From Candidatus Kaiserbacteria bacterium (lineage in GTDB: Bacteria > Patescibacteriota > Minisyncoccia > Phycocordibacterales > Phycocordibacteraceae): 64,000 nt of DNA. Positions 28,501 to 36,706 of this stretch are shown one piece after another (the first letter of the stretch is position 1; the number at the start of each line of letters is the position of its first letter). A program made the translations under genes and the position numbers. The stretch is taken from the NCBI GenBank assembly GCA_016182485.1, contig JACPGH010000003.1:70331-134330 (forward strand). Reading direction: 5' to 3'. The notes under the pieces were generated by a model. It searched no databases, had not been told where the DNA came from, and was given only the letters and a program-made list of their open reading frames with translations.

Positions 28501-30344
28501 TACAGCATGCTATCGTTGATGATCTTACTCAGGCAATCGCAAAACGTAACTCTACGGGATGGAAAAACTGTGTCGAGGAGCTTGATTTGCTTGTCGCGAA
28601 GAAAGAAAAGGCAATCAGACTTAGTGAGTTGTGCGATAAGCTTAGAAAGCAAGTACCTCGGCTTTGTGAGGAGATTATTGAGCTTGCCGATCAGAAACAG
28701 AGATTTGATTGCCCGGAAAATCTACTCGTTGCATGGAAAGTTGCTCGACTTGAATCGTGGCTCGACAGCATTCATGACCATGACGACATTGATACTTTGC
28801 AGGACCAGCTTGAACGTCTAAGCAAAAAGGAATTCGAGCTTAATTCCGAGCTTGTAACTGTGCTTGCTTGGCAGCGTCAAATCGACAAAGTTACCAAACG
28901 CCAACGCGATGCTTTGATGGCTTGGTCTGACGCAATGAAAAAGTACGGTAAGGGACTCGGAAAATACGCGAACAAATGGCTCAACTCGGCTCAACAGTCC
29001 CTCAAGGAAGCAAAAAATGCAGTTCCAGTTTGGATCATGCCCTTGCACCGGGCAGCTCAGATGTTCTCGGATCCTACTCCGGGTATGTTCGACGTAGTGA
29101 TTTTCGACGAGGCGAGTCAGTGTGATATTCGTGGTCTAACTATCGGATATCTCGGTAAGAAATTACTCGTTGTGGGCGATGATGATCAAATTAGTCCAGC
29201 TGGAATCTTTCAGGATCTAGAAAAGACATTCGAGCTCATTTCTCGATTCCTCTTCGATATTCCTCATAAAGACAATTTTTCAATTACCTCAAGTCTATTT
29301 GATCTCGCAAAAATCCGCATGCCGAACCTGATTCAACTAAATGAGCATTTCAGATGTGTTCCGGACATCATTGGTTTTAGTAATCACTATATTCCAGGAT
29401 ATAACCACAAAATTCAGCCGCTCCGTCATCCTAATCCAAAAGGTCTTCTTAAGCCTGCGCTTGTGCCAAAATTAGTAGAAGGTGGGTATCAAAACACCAA
29501 TAACAAAGTAAACGAACCTGAAGCAAAGGCGATTGTCGAGAAGCTTGTAGAGCTTCTTGAAGATCCGAATTACCAGAAGCGGCCGGATGGCCGTCTCTGC
29601 ACCTTTGGGATTATTTCTTTGCTTGCAGAGGACCAAGCAAAATACATCAAAGATTTAATTTTGAAGCATCCGAAGATCGGAGAGAAGATAATCGAAGAGA
29701 GAAAGATTATCTGTGGAGATGCATATGCCTTCCAAGGCGATGAGCGTGACGTAATGCTTTTGTCTATGGTAAGAGCGCTTGACCCGAACAATCTGAATGA
29801 TACAGTTGCACCTCTTATCGACAAAGGGGCAGCACAGCGCTTCAATGTGGCAGCTACTCGCGCACGCGATCAAGTATTTCTCTTTCATTCCATTCCTTTG
29901 GAACAATTCCGAAATCAAAACGATTGGCGCTTCAAGCTCCTCAATTGGTACTACGATCCAAAGAAAGAAGAAATTAAAGCGGGTCGTGAAGCGCTCAAGA
30001 GAGAATTCGATTCAGGTAGAGCGTCACAATTCTCGTACGAAGTCGGGAATCTTATCCTGGATAAAGGCTATCGGGTCTTGCCTGAGTATCCGCTGATTGG
30101 TTACCGTATTGATCTTGTTGTGCAGGGTGCCGAAGCTCGTCTTGCGGTCGAATGTGACGGGGATCAATATCACACGCTCGAAAATTGGGAAGAGGATCAA
30201 ACACGTGAACGTCAGCTACGTCGTGCTGGTTGGGAATTCTGGCGCGTAACCGGCAGTTCCTTCTATCGCCATAAAGAAAAAGCACTCTATAGTCTTTGGA
30301 AAAAGCTCGATGAACTTGGGATCAAGCCGATAATTGATTCTTAA
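25533..30344 (+). CDS. DUF4011 + superfamily-1 (Upf1-like) helicase + C-terminal DUF559/Vsr-like endonuclease, Hhe-like defence protein
   Basis: N-terminal Cys4 ribbon CTVCKK...CSECKK; DUF4011-like LLLGQGILTW block; Walker A GPPGTGKSHT; Walker B VIFDEASQ; C-terminal GYRIDLVV...ECDGDQYH DUF559 motif. Confidence 0.8.
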   Translation: MARYRTRFDAKAYWATKPWCTVCKKHKVKDGAVCSECKKEAMKQQREINRNKESIADIPAAVEVQVSEPRKKRISNLSAEAQNKVIRLFTYLEKALAIDDSIVRDFRTTSAAPSPWWLADYPTDLENLTIRPFDTEKTPEGVQATSWLKVEKKNIKAAPELPDQLKEWIDDVNPLQEPTVKEKIDRKVLFTDYKDREKEFRNFRKDYRQGDGVPESLKDWVTILPNKLPEIISVRYEPDYWVGHTELTELLDGYTKNDWKPWAEQVKKVYKANLLYDQLYALRLLLKNEGDNYELLLGQGILTWQHQGVGTIYTPIFLSPLTLDFDASKRTIKINPDPMFRNFVETSALYETDNPAEMDLVTWGDTINANPFDFWHLETLKGQARTLINYVSPYGEDKFTDQIISAPTASQNPSIWNAPVIFARKRTNDMWSKYAATIRKDIEQYGIEATEFITDLVGEYDEVSVKLNGGSGEKMESDSISIPESELHFPLPWNDEQKRIAERLDANYGVVVKGPPGTGKSHTIANLIARFLAEGKSVLVTSQTSKALEVLRDKLPENIRSLAVSQLQQSAKRDDILQQSIGEISSNLGERDTKFSEARAENIRRELKRVREEKAALAAKIRQYILTDSSEKLIIEGEEIKPIDAAKFVDKNKNHKAIAWFTDKVPFDADPKFTEEDLQELYDIARAVEAVDRTLYKEDLPDPSILPNEDVVLSAFASYRDFSAKSKYSTNGAFSEAKIDQEKLGQLWELLHKAKKVLMSINKNYEQEIFNACAISQNEREKWSSILSKISEKIRITAKGKNSTIGHVISGQSNLSIHDLREAAEALYAKTSKGQLGTFSRMLLSGNAKRILETYKVDGVEPDNPERAEILRNSILVEEAERDIKILLEQGLSTIKNQPEIDVDHLDMIQLEVFVSGLQRLVNYHADFSAIDSCFNEVKELSDFSFTKKEEIETAIELTASHAASFELKNLEKSFTEWEDSIRSSVNFRIQHAIVDDLTQAIAKRNSTGWKNCVEELDLLVAKKEKAIRLSELCDKLRKQVPRLCEEIIELADQKQRFDCPENLLVAWKVARLESWLDSIHDHDDIDTLQDQLERLSKKEFELNSELVTVLAWQRQIDKVTKRQRDALMAWSDAMKKYGKGLGKYANKWLNSAQQSLKEAKNAVPVWIMPLHRAAQMFSDPTPGMFDVVIFDEASQCDIRGLTIGYLGKKLLVVGDDDQISPAGIFQDLEKTFELISRFLFDIPHKDNFSITSSLFDLAKIRMPNLIQLNEHFRCVPDIIGFSNHYIPGYNHKIQPLRHPNPKGLLKPALVPKLVEGGYQNTNNKVNEPEAKAIVEKLVELLEDPNYQKRPDGRLCTFGIISLLAEDQAKYIKDLILKHPKIGEKIIEERKIICGDAYAFQGDERDVMLLSMVRALDPNNLNDTVAPLIDKGAAQRFNVAATRARDQVFLFHSIPLEQFRNQNDWRFKLLNWYYDPKKEEIKAGREALKREFDSGRASQFSYEVGNLILDKGYRVLPEYPLIGYRIDLVVQGAEARLAVECDGDQYHTLENWEEDQTRERQLRRAGWEFWRVTGSSFYRHKEKALYSLWKKLDELGIKPIIDS

Positions 30345-30348
30345 GGAT

Positions 30349-31902
30349 ATGCTAATTTCGAAAACTTTTTTTCAGCACTGCTTACATTGTCCAAAAGACG
30401 CGTGGCTGAAATTACACAAACCTGAGTTACGAGGCCATTTTGTACCATCTGAATTTGAGCTACACCTGATGGAGCAAGGGAATGAAGTAGAATCGTACGC
30501 CCGCAACTTATTCCTGGGAGGTATTGAAGTCTCGACCACGGGCAAACATGCAGTCGAAGATACCGTACGGCTTATGGCAGAACATATACCAGTAATTTTC
30601 CAAGCTACTTTTATTGTTGATGGATTTATTGTTCGCAATGATGCGTTGAAATGGAACCCAGAGACTAATCTTTGGGATTTGTACGAAGTCAAGGGGACCA
30701 ACTCAATGAGACTCGACCAGAAGGAACGCGACCATGTAACCGATATTGCCTTTCAAGCTTCAGTGATGCGACACGCTCGCGTACCTCTCGGGCATTGCTA
30801 TTTAGTACATTTAAATAAAGAGTATGTTCGTGCCGGTGATCTCGATATCGAGTCTCTTTTCTCCATAGACGATGTGACCGATGCTGTGAATGTTCGTATA
30901 CCCGAAATTGAGCCGAAGATGGAGGCTGCAAAGGAATATTTAAATCGAGTGACTGAACCGCCCGGAGGCTGTGAGTGCGTATATTCCACTCGACGTAATC
31001 ACTGCACCACGTTTCAGTATTCAAACGGGCACGTTCCAGAATACTCCGTCCACGACATTTCCCGCATTCACAAGACCAAGCTCGCTAATTTGATCGAGCA
31101 AAATATTTTTGCCCTTGATGGTGTTGATCCAGAATTGCATCAACTCTCAGAGAAGCAGGGCAACCAAGTGCGTGCCCATCAAACGCAGAAGCCCGTCATT
31201 GATGCAGATGAGATATCTCAGTTTCTCGAATCTTTACAATTTCCACTCTATTTTTTCGACTACGAAGCGTATGCGCCAGCTATACCCGCGTTCAATGGGT
31301 ATAGCCCTTACAAATTTATTCCGTTTCAATTCTCTCTACATATCCTTCGTGAGCCTGGTGGCGAACTCGAGCATGTAGAATTCCTACATGAGGAATTTTC
31401 AGATCCATCAGAGGCCGTTGCTTTAAAGTTGAGAGAAATCTATTCCGAAGGCTCAGTTATCGTTTGGCACGAGACGTTTGAAAAGACGTTTATAAATGCG
31501 AATATAGCTCAACGACTGCCACATCATGCTGAGTTCTTCGAGAAGTTTAACGGTGCTATGGCTGATTTAGAGAAACTCTTTGTTGCTCAGCATTACATTC
31601 ATCATGGGTTTCGGGGGAGAACCTCAATCAAAAATGTCTTGCCCGTGCTTGCGCCAGGATTCTCATATGCCGAACTGGAAATCCATGAAGGTGGTCAAGC
31701 CTCGAATGAATGGTGGCGCATGATAGCACCGATAACTTCGCTGGAGGAGAAAAAGGAAATTGCAAAAAACCTTAAGGAATATTGCGGCTTAGATACTAAG
31801 GCCATGTATGCTATTTGGAAGCACTTGTTTGCTCTGGTGAATCAGATTGTTGAGATGCCAAGCGGAGCTAGCACAGAGTTGTCAAAATCGTCAAAGGTGT
31901 AA
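30349..31902 (+). CDS. DUF2779-like protein (predicted PD-(D/E)xK nuclease fold)
   Basis: N-terminus LISKTFFQHCLHCPKDAWLKLH resembles DUF2779 start; SD AAGGA 6 nt upstream; start 4 nt after helicase stop. Confidence 0.55.
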   Translation: MLISKTFFQHCLHCPKDAWLKLHKPELRGHFVPSEFELHLMEQGNEVESYARNLFLGGIEVSTTGKHAVEDTVRLMAEHIPVIFQATFIVDGFIVRNDALKWNPETNLWDLYEVKGTNSMRLDQKERDHVTDIAFQASVMRHARVPLGHCYLVHLNKEYVRAGDLDIESLFSIDDVTDAVNVRIPEIEPKMEAAKEYLNRVTEPPGGCECVYSTRRNHCTTFQYSNGHVPEYSVHDISRIHKTKLANLIEQNIFALDGVDPELHQLSEKQGNQVRAHQTQKPVIDADEISQFLESLQFPLYFFDYEAYAPAIPAFNGYSPYKFIPFQFSLHILREPGGELEHVEFLHEEFSDPSEAVALKLREIYSEGSVIVWHETFEKTFINANIAQRLPHHAEFFEKFNGAMADLEKLFVAQHYIHHGFRGRTSIKNVLPVLAPGFSYAELEIHEGGQASNEWWRMIAPITSLEEKKEIAKNLKEYCGLDTKAMYAIWKHLFALVNQIVEMPSGASTELSKSSKV

Positions 31903-31983
31903 ACCTATTTACAACTTTGACATGGATCATTGTAGTGGCGCGCTGCCGTTTGAAAAATGAAGATTTTATGAGATTATTGAATT

Positions 31984-34900
31984 ATGTCCAGGAAGGCAGT
32001 TGAAACCTACATTTCCAGCGTTGACGAGAAATTAAAGACAGGGCAAGCTCGCGAACATGCCTATCGCCCGTGTTTTGAAGCTTTAATTCATGCACTTGAT
32101 CCAAAACTCAAAATCGTAAACGATCCCTCGCGTAGCGAGCACGGCAACCCCGATTTTGTCTTTTTACGCGGAGATATCACAGCAGGGTATGCGGAGACGA
32201 AGGATCTCAACGATGATCTTGATAAAACTGAGAAATCGGAACAAATGAAACGCTACCTCGGCTACTCGAATCTCATTTTGACCGATTATCTCGAATTTCG
32301 GTTTTTCAGAAACGGCTCACGCTACGGCGAGCCGATTCGTATCGCAACTGTATCCGGCGGAAAACTCGAAGAGAGGACAGAAACATACGACGAACTTGCA
32401 ACTGCGCTCGCCGACTTTCTCGCTGGTACTCCCGAGCCGATCAAGAACGGAAAGCGTCTTGCCGAGATCATGGGCGGTAAAGCGCGGCGCATTCGTGACA
32501 ATGTACATCGTTTTCTCACAGATAAAGCCGACAGCGATACTGACCTTCTACGAATATATGAGTCGATCAAGAAAATGCTCGTCCACGACCTCCCGCTTGA
32601 GGCGTTTGCCGATATGTACGCGCAAACGCTCGTCTACGGTCTTTTTGTCGCACGCTATCACGACGACTCCGTCGATACATTCTCTCGCTCCGAGGCACGC
32701 GACCTCGTGCCGGAATCGAATCCTTTTTTGCGTCAATTCTTCAACCACATTGCTGGACCGGACTTCAACAAACGCCTGCGCTATATCGTGGACGAATTGT
32801 GCGTGGTGTTCGCCACGGCGAATGTGCGTGAATTGATGGAGCAATATTTCAAGCTGGATTTATGGGGAAAGGAACATGGGGGGCCAGATCCAGTTATTCA
32901 TTTCTACGAGGATTTCCTCAAAGAGTACGACGCGGAGCTGCGCAAGAAAATGGGCGCGTACTACACACCACTCCCGGTTGTGCGCTTTATCGTTCGCGCT
33001 ATAGATCATGTGCTCAAGACGGATTTCGGACTTGGGGATGGCCTCGCCGATACAACCAAACTCTCCGATGGAAGGCACAAGGTGCAAGTGCTCGATCCGG
33101 CCGTCGGCACCGGCACGTTCATCAGCGCTGTCATTCGCAACATCTACGAGCGATTTGTGAAGCAGGGTCAAAAGGGCCGATGGCCGACCTATGTCCACTA
33201 CGACCTCCTGCCGCGCATCCACGGCTTCGAGCTAATGATGACCGCCTACACCATCGCGCACTTGAAGCTCTCCATCGCGTTCAAACAAACAGGCTTCACC
33301 ATTTTTAACAAGCGGCTTGGCATCTATCTCACTAACTCGCTCGAAGAAGCGGGACCGCAAACCGACATGTTCTCACTCGGCTTCGCGCAGAGCATCGCGG
33401 AGGAAGCAAAGCAGGCGGCGGTTATTAAGAACGAGACTCCAATCATGGTTGTCCTCGGTAACCCGCCGTATTCAGGAGAATCGAGTAACGCATTTTACAA
33501 GGAACACGATGCTTACAAGATCGAGCCCACGGGCGGCAAGCTCAAGGAGCGCAACAGTAAATGGATCAATGATGATTATGTAAAATTCATTCGGCTTGCA
33601 GAAAGTTTGGTAGAGAAGAACGGCGAGGGTGTGGTCGCAATGATAACAGCACACGGCTATCTCGATAATCCTACATTCCGCGGAATGCGTTGGCATCTAA
33701 TGCAGACGTTCGAGAAAATTTACGTACTCGATTTGCACGGAAACGCAAACAAAAAGGAAAAGGCCCCTGATGGAAGCGAAGACAAGAATGTCTTTGACAT
33801 TATGACTGGTGTCTCTATTTTGATCGGAGTAAAGCACAAGAAATCCGCGGATAATCTTGCAACTGTCTTTCGCGCCGATTGTTTTGGCGCTCGAAAATTA
33901 AAGATAGATTTTTTGGAATCAAATTCGCTCGATACAATTTCTTGGCAAAAACTCAGACCATCCGCTCCCAATTATGAATGGGCAGCAAATGACGGCGAAG
34001 TAAGTGACGAGTATAAAAGAGGATTCTCTGTAACTGAACTCTTCACAGTTTCTAGTGTCGGTATCGTCACGTCGCGAGACGATTTTGTCATAGATATGGA
34101 CAAGCATACCCTCAGCAGACGAATTGAGGGATTTTTACAATCTGCAACGACCCAAGAAGCTCTCTCGAAATATGGTCTTAAAGAAAACCTGAAGTGGAAG
34201 GCAGTACAGGCTCTCAAACATAAGTACGACGAAGCACGCGTTATTCCAGTGAGTTACCGTCCCTTTGATTCTCGCTTCATCTACTACCATGACGATTTCA
34301 TTGAGAGACCGCGCGGAGAGGTAATGCAGTATTTTGTCGGTCACGAAAACATAGGTCTTGTCACAAACAAACGCATTGAAGGACCTCGCAAGTTTGCAGA
34401 TGCATTTTTATCCGATTGCGTTACTGATGCACGACGCGTTTCTTTAAAAGAGACGAACTATATTTTCCCACTTTATCTCTATGCAGAGGACGGTACGCGG
34501 GTATCAAATTTGAGCCAGGGCATCATGACACAGATCGCGAATTCGCTTGGTAGCGAACCGTCTCCGGAGAATATCTTTTATTATGTTTACGCAGGCCTTC
34601 ACTCACCGTCGTATCGAGAGAAACACAACGATTTTTTGAAAGCCACTTTCCCGCGCGTTCCTTATCCTAAAGACAAAAATCAATTTATGGGGCTGGCAGC
34701 GTTGGGCAAGGAATTACGCGAGCTTCACTTGCTCGAATCGCAGAAGGTGCGCAAGTACATAACATCATATCCTGAAAGCGGCTCGAATGTCGTCGAAAAG
34801 ATTGCTCGCAAGGGCGACGGAGTATATATCAACGAAACGCAACACTTCGGCGGTGTGCCGGATATTGCATGGAACTTCTATATTGGCAGCTACCAGCCTG

Positions 34901-35028
34901 CTCAGAAATGGCTCAAAGACCGCAAAGGTCGCACGCTCACGAACGAGAACATCGAGCACTACCAAAAAATCATCGTCGCCCTTGTCGAGACAGATCGAAT
35001 AATGAAAGAAATAGACAAAGCAGTATGA
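31984..35028 (+). CDS. MmeI-like Type IIG/IIL restriction-modification enzyme (nuclease + N6-adenine MTase + TRD)
   Basis: N-terminal PD...E-x-K (GNPDFVF...GYAETKD); MTase motif I DPAVGTGTF; motif IV NPPY (VVLGNPPYSG); about 350-aa C-terminal region. Confidence 0.7.
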   Translation: MSRKAVETYISSVDEKLKTGQAREHAYRPCFEALIHALDPKLKIVNDPSRSEHGNPDFVFLRGDITAGYAETKDLNDDLDKTEKSEQMKRYLGYSNLILTDYLEFRFFRNGSRYGEPIRIATVSGGKLEERTETYDELATALADFLAGTPEPIKNGKRLAEIMGGKARRIRDNVHRFLTDKADSDTDLLRIYESIKKMLVHDLPLEAFADMYAQTLVYGLFVARYHDDSVDTFSRSEARDLVPESNPFLRQFFNHIAGPDFNKRLRYIVDELCVVFATANVRELMEQYFKLDLWGKEHGGPDPVIHFYEDFLKEYDAELRKKMGAYYTPLPVVRFIVRAIDHVLKTDFGLGDGLADTTKLSDGRHKVQVLDPAVGTGTFISAVIRNIYERFVKQGQKGRWPTYVHYDLLPRIHGFELMMTAYTIAHLKLSIAFKQTGFTIFNKRLGIYLTNSLEEAGPQTDMFSLGFAQSIAEEAKQAAVIKNETPIMVVLGNPPYSGESSNAFYKEHDAYKIEPTGGKLKERNSKWINDDYVKFIRLAESLVEKNGEGVVAMITAHGYLDNPTFRGMRWHLMQTFEKIYVLDLHGNANKKEKAPDGSEDKNVFDIMTGVSILIGVKHKKSADNLATVFRADCFGARKLKIDFLESNSLDTISWQKLRPSAPNYEWAANDGEVSDEYKRGFSVTELFTVSSVGIVTSRDDFVIDMDKHTLSRRIEGFLQSATTQEALSKYGLKENLKWKAVQALKHKYDEARVIPVSYRPFDSRFIYYHDDFIERPRGEVMQYFVGHENIGLVTNKRIEGPRKFADAFLSDCVTDARRVSLKETNYIFPLYLYAEDGTRVSNLSQGIMTQIANSLGSEPSPENIFYYVYAGLHSPSYREKHNDFLKATFPRVPYPKDKNQFMGLAALGKELRELHLLESQKVRKYITSYPESGSNVVEKIARKGDGVYINETQHFGGVPDIAWNFYIGSYQPAQKWLKDRKGRTLTNENIEHYQKIIVALVETDRIMKEIDKAV

Positions 35029-35474
35029 TTGATTACGCACTTATCATAGGTGTCGTCTCAACAGGAGCGGCTGCGGTGGCCGCCTATTATGCCTACAAAG
35101 CGTACATAACAAACAATAGTCCGAAGCTAGTGGTCGAGGCACCATTCAATAGCTCGCTTCAACTCCGCAATGTGGGAACTGATGCTGCGAAAAACATCAA
35201 GGAACCGACCGGTATGTTTCGAGATATGCCGAGTGAGATATGGAATTTTACCGGCCCGATTGATTATTTGAGAGTTAAAAGTCCAGGTATTTCCCGGCAA
35301 ATAGATTTTCACGATGAGAAAAGAATCAAGCCATCGGACTCATCGATTGTTCGATTTGAATACGAAAATTCGGACGGAACCAGATTCTTTTCTGAAATCA
35401 AAGTCGAGCGAGGGCCTGCAACACAGCAGCTTTGGTTTGCAACACCAGTCCTAGTGAATTGGGGTAAATGCTAG
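35025..35474 (+). CDS. small membrane-anchored protein, last gene of cassette
   Basis: ATGA start/stop overlap with the MTase gene; single N-terminal TM helix (IIGVVSTGAAAVAAYYAY). Confidence 0.4.
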   Translation: MIDYALIIGVVSTGAAAVAAYYAYKAYITNNSPKLVVEAPFNSSLQLRNVGTDAAKNIKEPTGMFRDMPSEIWNFTGPIDYLRVKSPGISRQIDFHDEKRIKPSDSSIVRFEYENSDGTRFFSEIKVERGPATQQLWFATPVLVNWGKC

Positions 35475-35754
35475 GAGTCTACGCGTCCCCTTTGCCTTTA
35501 TTGGCGGGATGTGCGCGCACGGGCTGGGGCAAGCACATATGGATTTGAGGCCTCGGGCATTTCCGCGACGGGATCTGGCCCACTGGTGAGCGCCGCCGCT
35601 CTCTTGCAAGTCTAAAAGCGCGTTTTTATACACTTTCGTGATTGCATTGCACGAAGAATCTTGTTACTTTATATGCACAATGCAACGGAGGAACTTTAGA
35701 TAGCCGCCGCGAAGCCTGCTCGCAAGAGTGGGTATTCGTGGCGGCTTTTCTATT

Positions 35755-35825
35755 GCCTCCTTAGCTCAATGGTAGAGCACGCCTCTGAAAAGGGCGAGAA
35801 AGAGGTCCGATTCCTCTCGGAGGCA
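35755..35825 (+). tRNA. tRNA-Phe (anticodon GAA)
   Basis: GCTC/GAGC D-arm, anticodon stem CGCCT/GGGCG, loop CTGAAAA; one mismatch at acceptor 7:66. Confidence 0.7.
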
Positions 35826-35828
35826 CCC

Positions 35829-35900
35829 GCCCTCGTAAGCTAATGGATAAACTGTCGGGCTTCTATCCCGATCTTGGAGGTTCGAATCCTCCCGAGGGCA
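35829..35900 (+). tRNA. tRNA-Arg (anticodon UCU)
   Basis: GCCCTCG/CGAGGGC acceptor, anticodon stem TCGGG/CCCGA, loop CTTCTAT, T-arm GGAGG-TTCGAAT-CCTCC. Confidence 0.7.
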
Positions 35901-35956
35901 CAGTCCCATCGCAAACGAATTAGGACAGAAACCACATGACTACATGAAAGTCAGTC

Positions 35957-36035
35957 CCCTCTAATCTCTAATTCGCGCGCCGTGCCCGCCGAAGCTTATG
36001 CGGAGGCGGGAATAGTAGAATAGTTTGCTGGCAGC
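35957..36035 (+). repeat. intergenic repeat element copy 1 (about 75 bp, GC hairpin + AATAGTAGAATAGTT)
   Basis: TCTCTAATTCGCGCGCCGTGCCCGCCGAAGCTTATGCGGAGGCGGGAATAGTAGAATAGTT. Confidence 0.6.
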
Positions 36036-36141
36036 AGCCGGGGAGGCGGATTTGGTACAATTGATGCAGGATGCTCGATTCGAAACATAAGAAATTGCTC
36101 GTTGCGGTTATCGGACTAGCCTTATCGGCGGTGCGTTTTTC

Positions 36142-36489
36142 GTGCTCAAGTCGGATTCCGGTGACAAAGAACGAGAGGGCGGCATAACGGGCGTCGCAAT
36201 GCTCGGGCCCACGTGTCCGGTAATGCAAGATCCGCCCGATCCGCAGTGCGCCGACAAACCATACAAGACAGCGCTCGTGATAACTACCGACGACGAAGCG
36301 CGCGTGCTCAAGACTATCTATACCGACGTGAATGGCGCGTTCCGCGCCGAATTGCCGCCCGGTACCTATGCCATTCGCTCCGCCGCGGCGGCGAACATCC
36401 TGCCATACTGCTCGACCCAAGGTCCTGTGACGGTCGCGGCGGGAGCATTTTCCAACGTCGCGGTTTCCTGCGACACCGGAATCCGCTAA
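36142..36489 (+). CDS. hypothetical small protein (GTG start)
   Basis: 115-aa ORF downstream of repeat copy 1; no recognised domain. Confidence 0.3.
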   Translation: MLKSDSGDKEREGGITGVAMLGPTCPVMQDPPDPQCADKPYKTALVITTDDEARVLKTIYTDVNGAFRAELPPGTYAIRSAAAANILPYCSTQGPVTVAAGAFSNVAVSCDTGIR

Positions 36490-36497
36490 CCATCCCG

Positions 36498-36576
36498 CTA
36501 TCTTCTCTAATTCGCATGCCGCGCCCGTCCGTAGCTGAAAGCGAAGGAGGGAATGGTAGAATAGTTGGCTCGCAGC
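36498..36576 (+). repeat. intergenic repeat element copy 2
   Basis: CTATCTTCTCTAATTCGCATGCCGCGCCCGTCCGTAGCTGAAAGCGAAGGAGGGAATGGTAGAATAGTT. Confidence 0.6.
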
Positions 36577-36605
36577 CTCGTGATTATTTGCTGCAGTAGT
36601 CCCGT

Positions 36606-36680
36606 GTATCTTCTCTAATTCGCACGTCGTGCCCGTCCGTAGCTTCAAGCGAAGGAGGGAATAGGCGAATAGTTGCAGAG
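36606..36680 (+). repeat. intergenic repeat element copy 3
   Basis: GTATCTTCTCTAATTCGCACGTCGTGCCCGTCCGTAGCTTCAAGCGAAGGAGGGAATAGGCGAATAGTT. Confidence 0.6.
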
Positions 36681-36706
36681 AAAATGCGAGGCATGGTGGT
36701 AGAATA

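Noticed and set aside
36071-36193. 40-codon ORF encoding a lipoprotein-like signal peptide (MLDSKHKKLLVAVIGLALSAVRFSCSS...) that stops and is followed out of frame by ORF 36142-36489
   Set aside because: It could indicate a frameshifted or pseudogenised lipoprotein, but this rests on a single stop codon. A sequencing error or a genuine small leader peptide cannot be distinguished without reads.
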